Below, piece after piece: positions 38,873 to 50,174 of a DNA stretch of 64,000 nucleotides (position 1 is the stretch's first letter; the number at the start of each line of letters is the position of its first letter). The stretch is from NCBI GenBank assembly GCA_963811135.1, contig CAWEQG010000011.1:33110-97109 (forward strand), in the 5' to 3' direction. The DNA is from an uncultured Solirubrobacterales bacterium (GTDB taxonomy: Bacteria; Actinomycetota; Thermoleophilia; Solirubrobacterales; Solirubrobacteraceae). Under the pieces are notes generated by a model that saw only the letters and a list, made by a program, of their open reading frames with translations, was not told where the DNA came from and searched no databases. A program made the position numbers and the translations under genes.

Positions 38873-39991
38873 TCAGGAACGGTGGTGCCGATAGGCGTAG
38901 GTGGCCTCGCGCACGGCGGCGTCGCTCTCGAGCGCTCCGCCGAGCGCGCCGCCGACGGTGCCGAGTGCGCTGGCGAGCAGGGCGAGGCGCAGATAGTCGC
39001 CAAACTCCGCACGATGTCCGATCTGCGCGGATATCACCGATGGCTCAAGCATCAGACAGGCTGCGATCAGGCTGACCGCGCAGACCGCCGCATATAGGAC
39101 GACTATGCCGAAGCTGACCGTGATCACGGTCACGATGTTGAAGAGGATTGCCTGCTCCCTGGCGCGCCGATGGGGCACGCGCTCCCACAGTCGATGAGCG
39201 GCGATCAGCGTAACCACCGCGACGACGATCGTGGCGAGACAGACCGCCGCGAGTCGTGGCGCATTGAGGCTTGAGGCGATCCGCCAGACATCGCTGGTCA
39301 CGATTGCGAAGGCGGCTGCACCTAGAGCACCGATCAGAGCGCGGGACAGTCGCGTGGTCAGCCGCCACGGATGATTGGCGCGAACCATGCCGGCGAGCAG
39401 CCGCAGATTCCCCAATACGACGCGGTGGAGCAGCGCGACGCCCTCGAGCGCGTCAGCACCTTCGACCTCGCTCGCCAGCTGGACCAGGCGCCGGTTGACC
39501 CGCCGCCGCGTATCGTCGGTCAGGTGCGGCTGCGATCCTGCGGTGTCGCCGGCCAGCACGCCGACCGCATCGACTACGGAGTCGACCAGGCGGCGGGCCG
39601 GCATCGGTCCCAACGCAGGTAGGGATACCACCGCCGCGCCATGAGTGGGACTCGAATGCGCCAGCAGCGGGCGGCGACTGATACGCAGCGGGAGCTCGGT
39701 CACGTAAACGACTAGCTCCCAGTCCTCCGTCAGCAGCCGCGAGCGAGCGGCGTCCATGACATCCGGCAGCACCGCAGGCGGCGTCAGCAACAGCTCGCGC
39801 ACCACCGTGATCTCCCACTTCACGCCCGGATATCGCTCCGATAGCGCCTCGCTGAGGTCCTCGGCCAGCTTCTCGACGGCCCGCTCATGGAGGGCAGGCG
39901 TCACCACCACCCCGAGGTGGATCGTGACAGCGCCGTTCGTGCTCGGCTGGACGGCCGCGACCGCGGTCTCCGCGTCACCGGTCGCCGTCAC
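38873..39991 (-). CDS. Hypothetical integral membrane protein (approximately 190-aa soluble N-domain plus 4-5 TM helices)
   Basis: 372-aa ORF with hydrophobic stretches (ALIGALGAAAFAIVTS; AAVCLATIVVAVVTLIAA; ILFNIVTVITVSFGIVVLYAAVCAVSLIAACL; LALLASALGTVGGALGGAL). Family not recognised. Confidence 0.65.
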   Translation of the reverse strand: MTATGDAETAVAAVQPSTNGAVTIHLGVVVTPALHERAVEKLAEDLSEALSERYPGVKWEITVVRELLLTPPAVLPDVMDAARSRLLTEDWELVVYVTELPLRISRRPLLAHSSPTHGAAVVSLPALGPMPARRLVDSVVDAVGVLAGDTAGSQPHLTDDTRRRVNRRLVQLASEVEGADALEGVALLHRVVLGNLRLLAGMVRANHPWRLTTRLSRALIGALGAAAFAIVTSDVWRIASSLNAPRLAAVCLATIVVAVVTLIAAHRLWERVPHRRAREQAILFNIVTVITVSFGIVVLYAAVCAVSLIAACLMLEPSVISAQIGHRAEFGDYLRLALLASALGTVGGALGGALESDAAVREATYAYRHHRS

Positions 39992-40137
39992 GAGCGCCTG
40001 TCCGCGGAGGATCTCATGGGCTCGAGGCTAGTGCCGCGGAGGAAGAGCGCCATTGATGTCCGCATTAGGTCTCGCCGGGATGCGCTCAAGCGTCGCCGCG
40101 CGGGAAGTCCCGGCCCGGCGTCTGCCCTGCTCGACGG

Positions 40138-41862
40138 TCAGGACGTGCCCGTGCGAGGCAACGGATGCGGGAGTGAGGCTGCGGCCTCGGTGGGGCGGCG
40201 TTGCACAGGGAAGCTCGCGGTGACCTTGGTGCCGTTGCCGGGGGAGGATTCGATTTGGACCGCGCCGTGGAGCAGTTCGACGCGCTCGTGCATGCCCAGC
40301 AATCCGAATCCGGAGGTGCTGGTGGTTGGGTCGAATCCGTGGCCGTCGTCGCGGACGGTCAGCTCGACCGTCGTTGGGGTCTCACGGGTCTGGATCACCG
40401 CGCGTTTCGCTTGGCCGTGCTTTGAGGCGTTGGTGAGCGCTTCTTGGATGGTTCGGTAGATCGCGGTCTCAAGCTCGGCGGTGTGCCGCGTCGGCTCGCG
40501 GCCCTGCTCGTATGCCAGGTCGTGTGACTGGTCGATCTCCAGGCCTTGGCGGCTCGCGTGTTCGCACAGCGCCTCGACGGCAGCGCCGAGACCCAGATCA
40601 TCCAACGCGCGGGGGTGCAGGTCGGTGACCAGCGCGCGGAGGTTCGATATCCCCTCGTCGAGATCCTCGATCGCCTGGCCGACCGCTCCCTCTAGCACCT
40701 GCAACCCGCCGGTTCGGCGGCCATTTGACAAGCTGACCCGCATCGCGGCGAGGCTCTGAAGCGTTTCGTCGTGCAGCTCCCGGGCCCAGCGCCTGCGCTC
40801 GGCTTCTGCGGCCGCGAGGCGCTGGCGGTGAAGTTCAGATGCTGCGGCGTGAGCGGCCGCGACGGCGGTCGCCGCGGTGGTCGCGAACGCCTCCAACAGC
40901 CGCTGGTCCTCAGTGGTGAACTGCGGCCCTTCACGGAGTTCGTCCAGGGCGATCAAGACGCCGTAGCCGTGATTGTGGAAAACAAGTGGGACTACCAGTC
41001 CAGTGTGGGCACTGACCCCGAAGCGGCCCAGACCGTGCTGCTCAAATCGCATGCGGTTGAGCTCCACCTCGAGGCGTTGGGTCGCGCGTGTGCGCAGCGC
41101 GGTGCTGGCGAGCGCGTCGGTCAACTCGAACCGTTCTCCGATCAGACCCGCGGGCAGCTCTCCGGCGCCCGCGGCAACCACAAGCTTGCCGCCGTCCACA
41201 AGTTCGATCAGCAGCGCTCGGGCAGAGACGAGCGCTCGCCCTCGTTTGGCGACGAGCTCAAGGATCACCTCAAGGTCGGTCGTGCCACCGACGACGCGGG
41301 TGATCTCCGTGGTCGCCTCGAGAGCGGCGACCGTCCGCGCGAGCTCGTCGCCTCGAGCGGCAGCGCTGGTGTACCGTCGCGCGTGATCGATCGCGACACC
41401 TGCGAAACGGGCGAGCGTCATGACCGACTCCTCGTCGGCGTCGGTGAAGGGCGCCCCGCCGGCTTTCTCGGTTAGGTACAAGCTCCCGAACGGCACGTCG
41501 CCGACAAAGATCGGAACTCCCAGGAACGAGTGCATCGGGGGATGTCCGAGCGGGAACCCGTAGGAATGGGGATGCTGACCGACCTCGGCAACACGCAACG
41601 GCACCGGGTTGAGGATCAGCTCGCCGAGCACGCCGCGGCCCCGCGGCAGCGCGCCGATCTCCGCGCGAGCGTCCTCGCCGACGCCCAGTGTGATGAATCG
41701 CTCAAGCTCTGTCCGGGAGGCGTCGAGCACGCCGAGCGCTGCGTACCGTGCGCCCGTCAGCTCCCGGGCCGACTCCAGCACCCTGTCGATCACGATCTCG
41801 AGGTCGAGTTCGCCGAGCACGCTGCCGGCGACATCGAGCAGGCTGCGTGTCTGCTCGTCCAT
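40138..41862 (-). CDS. DevS/DosS/DosT-type tandem-GAF sensor histidine kinase (HisKA_3 + HATPase_c)
   Basis: GAF-A is strikingly DevS-like (..ELTGARYAALGVLD...LPRGRGVLGELI..PLRV.EVGQHPHSYGFPLGHPPMHSFLGVPIFVGDVPFGSLYLTEKAGGAPFTDADE..), including the His of the heme-binding HPPM segment. It also has an H-box (RRWARELHDETLQSL). The start was set at the ATG at 41862. Confidence 0.85.
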   Translation of the reverse strand: MDEQTRSLLDVAGSVLGELDLEIVIDRVLESARELTGARYAALGVLDASRTELERFITLGVGEDARAEIGALPRGRGVLGELILNPVPLRVAEVGQHPHSYGFPLGHPPMHSFLGVPIFVGDVPFGSLYLTEKAGGAPFTDADEESVMTLARFAGVAIDHARRYTSAAARGDELARTVAALEATTEITRVVGGTTDLEVILELVAKRGRALVSARALLIELVDGGKLVVAAGAGELPAGLIGERFELTDALASTALRTRATQRLEVELNRMRFEQHGLGRFGVSAHTGLVVPLVFHNHGYGVLIALDELREGPQFTTEDQRLLEAFATTAATAVAAAHAAASELHRQRLAAAEAERRRWARELHDETLQSLAAMRVSLSNGRRTGGLQVLEGAVGQAIEDLDEGISNLRALVTDLHPRALDDLGLGAAVEALCEHASRQGLEIDQSHDLAYEQGREPTRHTAELETAIYRTIQEALTNASKHGQAKRAVIQTRETPTTVELTVRDDGHGFDPTTSTSGFGLLGMHERVELLHGAVQIESSPGNGTKVTASFPVQRRPTEAAASLPHPLPRTGTS

Positions 41863-42081
41863 CAACCGGTCGCTCCGGCAATCAGGTCGACCCGGCGCGA
41901 GGGGACACTGAACTCCTCCGTCGCTCGCTCGACGCCCAGCCGCACAAGCTCCCAATCCTCGCTCAGATCGTCGGTGCCCACGCGACCACCTCGCTGTGTC
42001 GCGCGGGTCCGCTTCGTCTCAGCACCATCCTTCACGTCGGCACATGCCGATGACTGCGCGGATGCTGGCTGGCTGAGACGC

Positions 42082-42489
42082 TCACGGTTGGGCCGGATCG
42101 TTTGAGCTGGAGGGCGGGCGGATCGCGCGGTCTCGCCCGGACGCTTCCAGGATGAACACCTCGACGGCGATGTCCGGGTCGATGTGGTTATCGCTCATGA
42201 AACCGACGACCTTGCGGCCGGTCAGATCCTCAATCTTCCGGCTGCAGCTGGTGCGCATCACCTTCTGCCAGAGTCTGCGTAGGCTGAGCACGGCATCGCT
42301 CTCGCCGGCGTCGACCAGGTTCTGCTCGCCGCGTGTGAGGGTGTCCTGCAGGACAACGAATACCGCGTTGTCGCCGAGCGTTGTCTTCGCCCTCATCGGA
42401 CCGCGGCCGGTGGTGCTCGCGAGTTCTCGAACGACCGCAGTCGAAATCGCAAGCGCAAGCTCACCGTCACGCAGGACCGTGTCGCTCAC
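42082..42489 (-). CDS. DUF2294 (MpsC-like) domain protein
   Basis: ..ISTAVVRELASTTGRGPMRAKTTLGDNAVFVVLQDTLTRGEQNL......LWQKVMR....KIEDLTGRKVVGFMSDNHIDPDIAVEVFIL. Paralogous to 52712-53155 and 62994-63434. Confidence 0.75.
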   Translation of the reverse strand: MSDTVLRDGELALAISTAVVRELASTTGRGPMRAKTTLGDNAVFVVLQDTLTRGEQNLVDAGESDAVLSLRRLWQKVMRTSCSRKIEDLTGRKVVGFMSDNHIDPDIAVEVFILEASGRDRAIRPPSSSNDPAQP

Positions 42490-42737
42490 CCCGCCGGCTC
42501 CCAGGACATGCCGCTCTGAGCACCGGCAGTCGGCAGCTCAACGCCCGGCTCCGGACACATTCCCCCACGAATCCACGCGGCACGCGTCCGGTCCCAGCCC
42601 GGCGGCAGGACACCGTCGACGATCTCCACGACCCCCAGCCACTCCAGTGCGCCCTTGAAGTCGCCCCTCGCTGCCGCCTCCTGCGCGAAACCAAGCGTGT
42701 TAGCGACCGCGCGCTCGTGACGTCCCATACCGGTCAC
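42486..42737 (-). CDS. Hypothetical 83-aa protein
   Basis: ORF whose stop overlaps the DUF2294 start by 4 nt and whose start overlaps the upstream ORF's stop by 4 nt, suggesting translational coupling. No family recognised. Confidence 0.4.
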   Translation of the reverse strand: MTGMGRHERAVANTLGFAQEAAARGDFKGALEWLGVVEIVDGVLPPGWDRTRAAWIRGGMCPEPGVELPTAGAQSGMSWEPAG

Positions 42738-42970
42738 TTCGGAGCCCCGAGGTCAAGCTGGGACCTCAACTCTGCGTTCTCCCGCTTGAGCACCGCGATC
42801 TCCCGGCGCGAGGCAGCAAGTTCGCGGGCCAGTTCAGAGAGCGCCTGACCCAGCCGCACGCGCCCCGCCAGCTCAGGCTGATCGCCCGCGGCCACCAACC
42901 GCTTCGCGACTATCGACAAGCCGGGGATGCTTGTCGCGGTGCCACCGTTCTGGGAGTTGTCTGGCCGCAC
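42734..42970 (-). CDS. Hypothetical 78-aa protein with a C-terminal coiled-coil
   Basis: ..ALSELARELAASRREIAVLKRENAELRSQL.. GTG start. First gene of a three-ORF overlapping set. Confidence 0.4.
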   Translation of the reverse strand: MRPDNSQNGGTATSIPGLSIVAKRLVAAGDQPELAGRVRLGQALSELARELAASRREIAVLKRENAELRSQLDLGAPK

Positions 42971-43359
42971 TAACGGCCGAGCCTTTCCCGTTGCACTTCG
43001 TCGAACGCAACAACGCGCCTAAAGGCGTTTTGATCACGTCCCTGAACACGCACCATACTCCCCTCTGGCGTACCGGTGGCGCTGATCGTGCAATCTCCCC
43101 GAGAACTCCGCGACGTGCGACAAGATCGGCTTTGTCTACGGAGGAGCAAAGCCGGGGAGAGACGTCAGCTGGATGTTGCACGTCATCGTCCTTTCCGAGA
43201 GCGAGCCGGCTTGCAGCCACGCGGTAAGGGTGCCGCTCCCGACATGCGGCAGGCGGAGGGCACGTCCAGCCCGCGCACGCACCAATACGTAGATCACCAC
43301 ACTCCGGCCGATCCCGACCAGAGGACGTCGATCCCGACCGCGGCCTGGTCGATGAAACG

Positions 43360-43530
43360 ATGAGCGACGATCGCCCGAGATGCTCCAAGTGCGGCGACGT
43401 GATCGGCGTCATCGAGCCATTGATCGCGCTCACCGACGGCGAGGCACGCGCAACATCGATCGCGGCGAAACCCGACATCCGATTGGCTCGCGGCGCCCTC
43501 TATCACCAGGCTTGCCACGCGAATCGCTGA
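43360..43530 (+). CDS. Small (56-aa) Cys/His protein
   Basis: MSDDRPRCSKCGDVIGVIEPLIALTDGEARATSIAAKPDIRLARGALYHQACHANR, with a CxxC...HxxC arrangement. Below the ORF-track size cut-off. Frame and stop checked by hand. Confidence 0.4.
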   Translation: MSDDRPRCSKCGDVIGVIEPLIALTDGEARATSIAAKPDIRLARGALYHQACHANR

Positions 43531-44018
43531 CCCGCGCGCCGCGTGTAGACATCGCCTGTTGCCGCGATCTCGGCCGGGCTTTGCGTAGCAAGGCGATCGA
43601 AGTAGGCGTCGGTGCTTTCGCCATCGTCGACCAGGTCGGTCCGTTGCGCCTCGTCGGTCTTCGATGCCGCTTGGAGGCGGTCGAAGAGCGGATCAGCTGA
43701 CGGCGCCAGTTCGTCGTTCGCATCGCGGGCGTCCGACGGAGGTGGTATTCCCGGCTGCTTGCCGGAGACGTACCAGAGCAGCCGCGCTGGCGCCGCGAGC
43801 CGCCGGGATTGCGCGGATTGCGGTAGTAGACGAGCTCGCGGCGCAGCCCGAGGCCCCATTCCTGCGCCCACAGCTGGCCCTCTGCAAGGCCGGCGCCTAG
43901 CAGGCGCGTGGCCCAAGCCGTGGCGGATGGGCACGAAAAAAGACGGAATGCCCGCGCCGATGACGCGGTATGGCGCGAACCATCGCTCGGCAGCGCTATA
44001 GTCGAGCGTGGTTGGCAC
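43503..44018 (-). pseudogene. Unidentified gene, apparently frameshifted twice
   Basis: Protein-like stretches alternate between two reverse frames ([28 protein letters not shown].. / ..LLGAGLAEGQLWAQEWGLGLRRELVYYRNPRNP.. / ..LLWYVSGKQPGIPPPSD...DAYFDRLATQSPAEIAATGDVYTRRAG..). Function unknown. Confidence 0.3.
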
Positions 44019-44038
44019 TCTCGGGCCTGGAGTGCCAA
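44012..44038 (+). promoter_or_regulatory. CIRCE operator (HrcA-binding inverted repeat) upstream of groES
   Basis: TTGGCACTC-N9-GAGTGCCAA is a perfect 9-N9-9 inverted repeat, matching the CIRCE consensus TTAGCACTC-N9-GAGTGCTAA at 16 of 18 positions. It lies 39 nt before the groES ATG. A -10-like TATAGT sits at 43997-44002. Confidence 0.85.
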
Positions 44039-44076
44039 AACCTCCTCAATCGAGCCCCCACTGGAGGCCGCATCTC

Positions 44077-46009
<1,933 letters not shown>

Positions 46010-46562
46010 CCCAGAGCGCGGAAGGGACGGTCGTCACGAGGGTCGTGCTCAAGGGGTCGCGGAGCACGCCGTGGACGTGGCCTGATGCGCTTACGCACTG
46101 CGGGCGGCGCTGGTCCCCGTCGCCCATAACGCGCCGGTGGACCCGGCCGGACGATGCCGGCCGGACGATGCTCACGTACACGCGAAGCGTGCGGTGGTGG
46201 CTGGGCTATGCGACCGCCGGCGCGTCTGTTCCGGGACGCCGTCGCGGACTCTCCCAAACGGCCGCTGGGTGTTCGTCGGAGGAGACGGCGGGGCCGGAGG
46301 GAGTGGTCCGACGGTCTGCCACCAGCGAGGCGTGCGGCGACGCCGAGACCTGCCTTTGGCTCGCCCCTGGGTATCGCGTTGAACCGAGATGCCGGCGCAC
46401 GTAGGAAGCGCGACCGCGAATGGCCCAAGCACGTCCATCAGCCAGAGTCGGGCACGGCTTTGATCTGTCTACTCGCCGACAAGCGTTTGCCAATACGGAC
46501 GCTCGTAGTGCTGGACCGTGACCGTCACGCCTAGTGACGCGGGCGTGCCATCCGCGTTGCGA

Positions 46563-46609
46563 GGCCAGCGGGCGTACTTCCGCATTGCGAGGATCCGACA
46601 GTCCGGGCC
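46563..46609. repeat. About 47-bp repeated fragment, copy 1 (GGCCAGCGGGCGT.CTT.CG.AT..CGAGGATCCGACAGTCCGGGCC)
   Basis: Hand alignment with 50466-50513, same orientation, roughly 85% identical with a 1-nt indel. The flanks show weaker similarity at the peptide level (..AGPDCRIL..RK.AR.. on the reverse strand). Confidence 0.7.
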
Positions 46610-46982
46610 GGCGCCGTCCCTCGTCGTCCAAACCAGCGACGTTGCGGCTGCTGATCGAGGCGCTCGCGATCATGAGGATGCAGAAGTCCGCGTGGTTGAC
46701 CGGGACTGGCTCGCGGACTGTCCTCGTGCTTGCGAAGGGGGCAGTCAGACGAGGGCGCGCTCTCGGCGCTGCTGCTTCCACGAAGCGGCGCGGTGGCGCG
46801 AGATACGTGCGGTTGGGCTGCGTTCGCTCAGCATCGGTGCAACTTTCTGCGTTTCGCAATGGCCCGCATCCGCCGGTCTCGAGGTCCGCGCCAGGACCGG
46901 AAATTCGGCCACGTAGGTGTAACCGGGAGCGGTTCGCGGCGTATCAATTATGTACGAACGTATGTTCTGATAGGAGGATGCA

Positions 46983-47330
46983 ATGACTGAGAATGCCTCC
47001 AAGCCCAAGCCGGTCGTGAAGATCCCACCGACCCATCAGCCTGGCCTGCCGGCAGTGCGTTTCGGAAGCGTTGTTGACAGGACCTCGAAGCTGTCCCACG
47101 AGGTACTCAAGTCGCTCGAGACGAGTGAGCGGGCCGCCATCGAGGCGGTGGGGGAGTTCGTGATCACTATTGAGGACGCGTTGCCACAAGAAGTCGCCGG
47201 CACGTCCGATGTCGCGAAGAGGATCACCCATTCCGGCCTTGAGATGACCGACCGACTGATCCACACGGAGTACGACTTCCTGCGCCATGTCATCGACAGC
47301 GGTGCCAAGTCGCTGAGCAGCCACGACTAA
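46983..47330 (+). CDS. Hypothetical 115-aa helical protein
   Basis: Strong RBS (TAGGAGGATGCA-ATG), a clean ORF and lower GC than its surroundings. No family recognised. Confidence 0.55.
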   Translation: MTENASKPKPVVKIPPTHQPGLPAVRFGSVVDRTSKLSHEVLKSLETSERAAIEAVGEFVITIEDALPQEVAGTSDVAKRITHSGLEMTDRLIHTEYDFLRHVIDSGAKSLSSHD

Positions 47331-47510
47331 GCAAAGTCCAAAGCCGCCCAGTAAGCATTGACCGCACAACAGCCGGCGCATCAGAGCCGTCCCGTCGCAC
47401 TGGGATTCGTGCTCGGCGCCGGCGGCGGGCGAGGCGGTGGGGTGTGGCTTCCCCGCCGCCGAACGCGCTCGCGATCGAGCCCGGCCTACCCGGCTTGCGC
47501 TGCAGTCCTC

Positions 47511-47693
47511 GTGTTCGAGTACATCGAGGCGTTGTGCGACCGCCACCGGCGCCACTCCACCCTGAACACGCTCTCGGCCGTTAACTACGAACAGTTACGA
47601 CTCTCTCCGCACGGCAGTTGAGAGCAAGGGCTCGAACAAGACAAGATCAACGTCAACAACCAATCCCAGGTGTCACGCGAGCCGGGACAGGTC
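47511..47693 (+). mobile_element. IS3-family insertion-sequence relic (last approximately 36 codons of the DDE/rve transposase plus a terminal-IR-like end)
   Basis: ..VFEYIEALCDRHRRHSTLNTLSAVNYEQL.. matches the conserved IS3 OrfB C-terminus (..FxYIExxYNRxRRHSxLGYxSPxxYE..). Downstream, ..AGGTGTCACGCGAGCCGGGACAGG resembles IS3 right ends. No intact transposase is present. Confidence 0.5.
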
Positions 47694-47921
47694 GAGCGGC
47701 CTGGCTTGCGCTATCGCCCCGACCGAGTCGACGGGCCCGGCTCGGATCCGAGGCGGCGTGTCTAACGCGTGACAGTCCTCTCCGCGCTGCTGCTATCGAA
47801 CCCCCGCGCCGGCCAGTGTCGCTCAGCGCTTACGGTCCCTGGGGGTGCGATCCGACGGGCCGCCCCTGCGGCAGCCCGCCGTCGACCGGCCGCGGAACCG
47901 CCTCCGGGCGGGGAGGTCGAG

Positions 47922-48914
47922 CTAGGGGGAGCTGCTGCGTAGTAGCTCGCCCCAGCGCCGGGCATCGAGGCGCGCCGGGGGGCTGGTCTCGACGAAATCG
48001 ATCATTACGCGGATGAATCGAAGCGGATCGTCGAGGTGCGGGAAGTGGCCAGCGTCGGGAAACACCTCGAGTCGGCTGCCCGGGACAAGCGCGTGGGCCG
48101 AGCGCCCGTGCGCGACGGGGATGATCGGGTCGCGTTCCCCCCAGATGATCATGAACGGGATTGACTGGGCCAGGTAGATGCGATCGGTCGCGTCGACTCG
48201 CTGGCCGCGGACGTCGACGATCGGCCTCAACGTGTGTAGGAACGCCGCGCGCGCGTCACCGGCCGAGAGCGAGGCGTGACCGCGCAGCACCTCCCCGAGG
48301 TCGGCGTGCACACGCAGCCCGACGCGGCCGAGCAGACCACCGACTCGCCTGCCGACCGCGAGAACCCGCTCGTTGACCAGCAACGGCAGGACCAGCTCCG
48401 AGCCCGGAAGGCTGGCAGCCCGCAACAGCACGCTGATCTCGCGACCCAGGCCGCCGCTGCTTACCAGCACCAGCCGCTCGCACTGCTCGGGGAACAAGTA
48501 GGCGAGCTGCATCGCGACGCCGCCCCCCAGCGAGTGCCCGACGAACGTCGCCCGGTCGTGCCCGAGCGCGATCAGCAGATCACGGATCCCGCTCGCGTAC
48601 GCGCCCAGCGAGTAGTCCCCCCGAGGCTTGGCCGACTCGCCATGACCGATCAGATCGGGAGCGATCACGGTGAAATGCTCAGCCAGGGACGGGAGCACGT
48701 ACGCCCACGTGGCCGAGGTCGACGTGATCCCGTGGATCAGCACCAGCACCGGGCCGCTGCCCGCCGACCGGTAGAACACGCGGTGACTATGCAGGACGAT
48801 CTCGCAAAGCCCCTCTTCCCCCGGTTCGGCCACCGGCACGCTCAACGCCGGCGGGCGCGCTGAACCCGCCTCGATCCCGCCGCTCAGATCGGCTCCTGAC
48901 AGGGAATCATCCAC
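47922..48914 (-). CDS. Alpha/beta-fold hydrolase
   Basis: ..PVLVLIHGITSTSATW...APDLIGHGESAKP...FVGHSLGGGVAMQLA.. (HG oxyanion motif and GHSLG nucleophile elbow). Confidence 0.85.
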   Translation of the reverse strand: MDDSLSGADLSGGIEAGSARPPALSVPVAEPGEEGLCEIVLHSHRVFYRSAGSGPVLVLIHGITSTSATWAYVLPSLAEHFTVIAPDLIGHGESAKPRGDYSLGAYASGIRDLLIALGHDRATFVGHSLGGGVAMQLAYLFPEQCERLVLVSSGGLGREISVLLRAASLPGSELVLPLLVNERVLAVGRRVGGLLGRVGLRVHADLGEVLRGHASLSAGDARAAFLHTLRPIVDVRGQRVDATDRIYLAQSIPFMIIWGERDPIIPVAHGRSAHALVPGSRLEVFPDAGHFPHLDDPLRFIRVMIDFVETSPPARLDARRWGELLRSSSP

Positions 48915-49181
48915 ACGGTCAGCGGGAGTCTAACTCCGCAGCGCGCGCTCCCCCGGGCCCCACGCCGATCCCCCTCCCGCGGCAACACCGATTCGCCGGG
49001 GTGGCTGGGCCTGATATGGCAGGCCCGGACTCGCATCGTGCTCGTCCGTGCCTCAAACGCTCCTGACGACGCACGTGCCCGAGGATGCGCAAGCTGACCG
49101 TCAAGGCGCACAGGCACCGCAGCGACGTCAGATCGTCGGCTCCCTCACGCATCGGACTCGGCACGATGGCGATGTCACAGC

Positions 49182-50174
49182 ATGACGAGGTTGAAGCCGA
49201 TCACGAGCAGCACGGTCGGTCATGGTCGGCTTGAGAAGGACTACGATCGGTTCCGGATGGCTGACCGGGCGGATCTCGAGTTCACCTATTCGCTGATCGA
49301 TCGCATCTTCCGGCTGAGTCTGGGAGAGCTCGCGGACTTCAGCGGCGCCAAGTACGACGGTGATTTCTCCTTGAGCCTCGAGGAGGCCCAGCGGCGCAAG
49401 CATGAGTATGTGGCCGAGCAGATAGGCATCGGGCCTGGCCGCCGGGTGCTCGATCTCGGCTGCGGGTGGGGGCCGCTGTTGAGTTTCATCCGCAACCGAG
49501 GTGGCACCGGGGTCGGCGTCACGTTGTCCTCCGCGCAGGTGGCTGCCTGTCGGCGGCACGGTCTCGATGTCCACCTGTACGACGCGCGTGAGGTCACGCG
49601 CGACAGCTTCGGCCCGTTCGACGCCGTGGCGAGCGTCGGTGGCTTTGAGCATTTCTGTTCGCCGGACGAGTACCTGGCCGGGCGCCAGGAGGAGATCTAT
49701 CGCGGAGTGTTCGCCCGGATCGCGAGCGTGCTGCCCGACGACGGCCGGTTCTACCTTCAGACGATGGTCTGGGGACCCAACATGATCCCGGCGGAGCAGA
49801 TCGACATCGACGCCTTGCGCGCGCTGCCTGAACGAGACTCCGACGCGTGGGTCCTGGCGCTTTTGGGGCGCCAGTTCCCCGGCTCCTGGCTTCCCCACGG
49901 GCAGGAGCAGATCATCCGCAGCGCCGAACCGCACTTCCGTCTGCTGTCAAGCATGAGTGGCCGGCTCGACTACATCGAAACCATCGGCCAGTGGAATCGG
50001 CGGATCGGGGCGCCCAGTCTAAGAAAGACGCTGTTCAAGCTCCAGCTTCTCCCGCGCTGGCTCACCAGCTCCGACTTCCGGCTCGCGTTCACCTCGGGTG
50101 TGAGCGCCAACAAGGTCTGCTTCGAGCGGGAGCTGTTGGAGCACTACCGGCTCGTGTTCCAGAAACACCGATGA
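49182..50174 (+). CDS. Cyclopropane-fatty-acyl-phospholipid-synthase-like SAM-dependent methyltransferase
   Basis: ..VLDLGCGWGPLLSFI.. (SAM motif I), ..FDAVASVGGFEHF.. and ..GRFYLQTMVWG.. match the CMAS family layout. Confidence 0.8.
   Translation: MTRLKPITSSTVGHGRLEKDYDRFRMADRADLEFTYSLIDRIFRLSLGELADFSGAKYDGDFSLSLEEAQRRKHEYVAEQIGIGPGRRVLDLGCGWGPLLSFIRNRGGTGVGVTLSSAQVAACRRHGLDVHLYDAREVTRDSFGPFDAVASVGGFEHFCSPDEYLAGRQEEIYRGVFARIASVLPDDGRFYLQTMVWGPNMIPAEQIDIDALRALPERDSDAWVLALLGRQFPGSWLPHGQEQIIRSAEPHFRLLSSMSGRLDYIETIGQWNRRIGAPSLRKTLFKLQLLPRWLTSSDFRLAFTSGVSANKVCFERELLEHYRLVFQKHR

Noticed and set aside
46144-46171. Tandem duplication of CCGGCCGGACGATG (2 copies)
   Set aside because: Only two units in non-coding sequence; it looks like simple slippage. 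Not a CRISPR or VNTR-like array.
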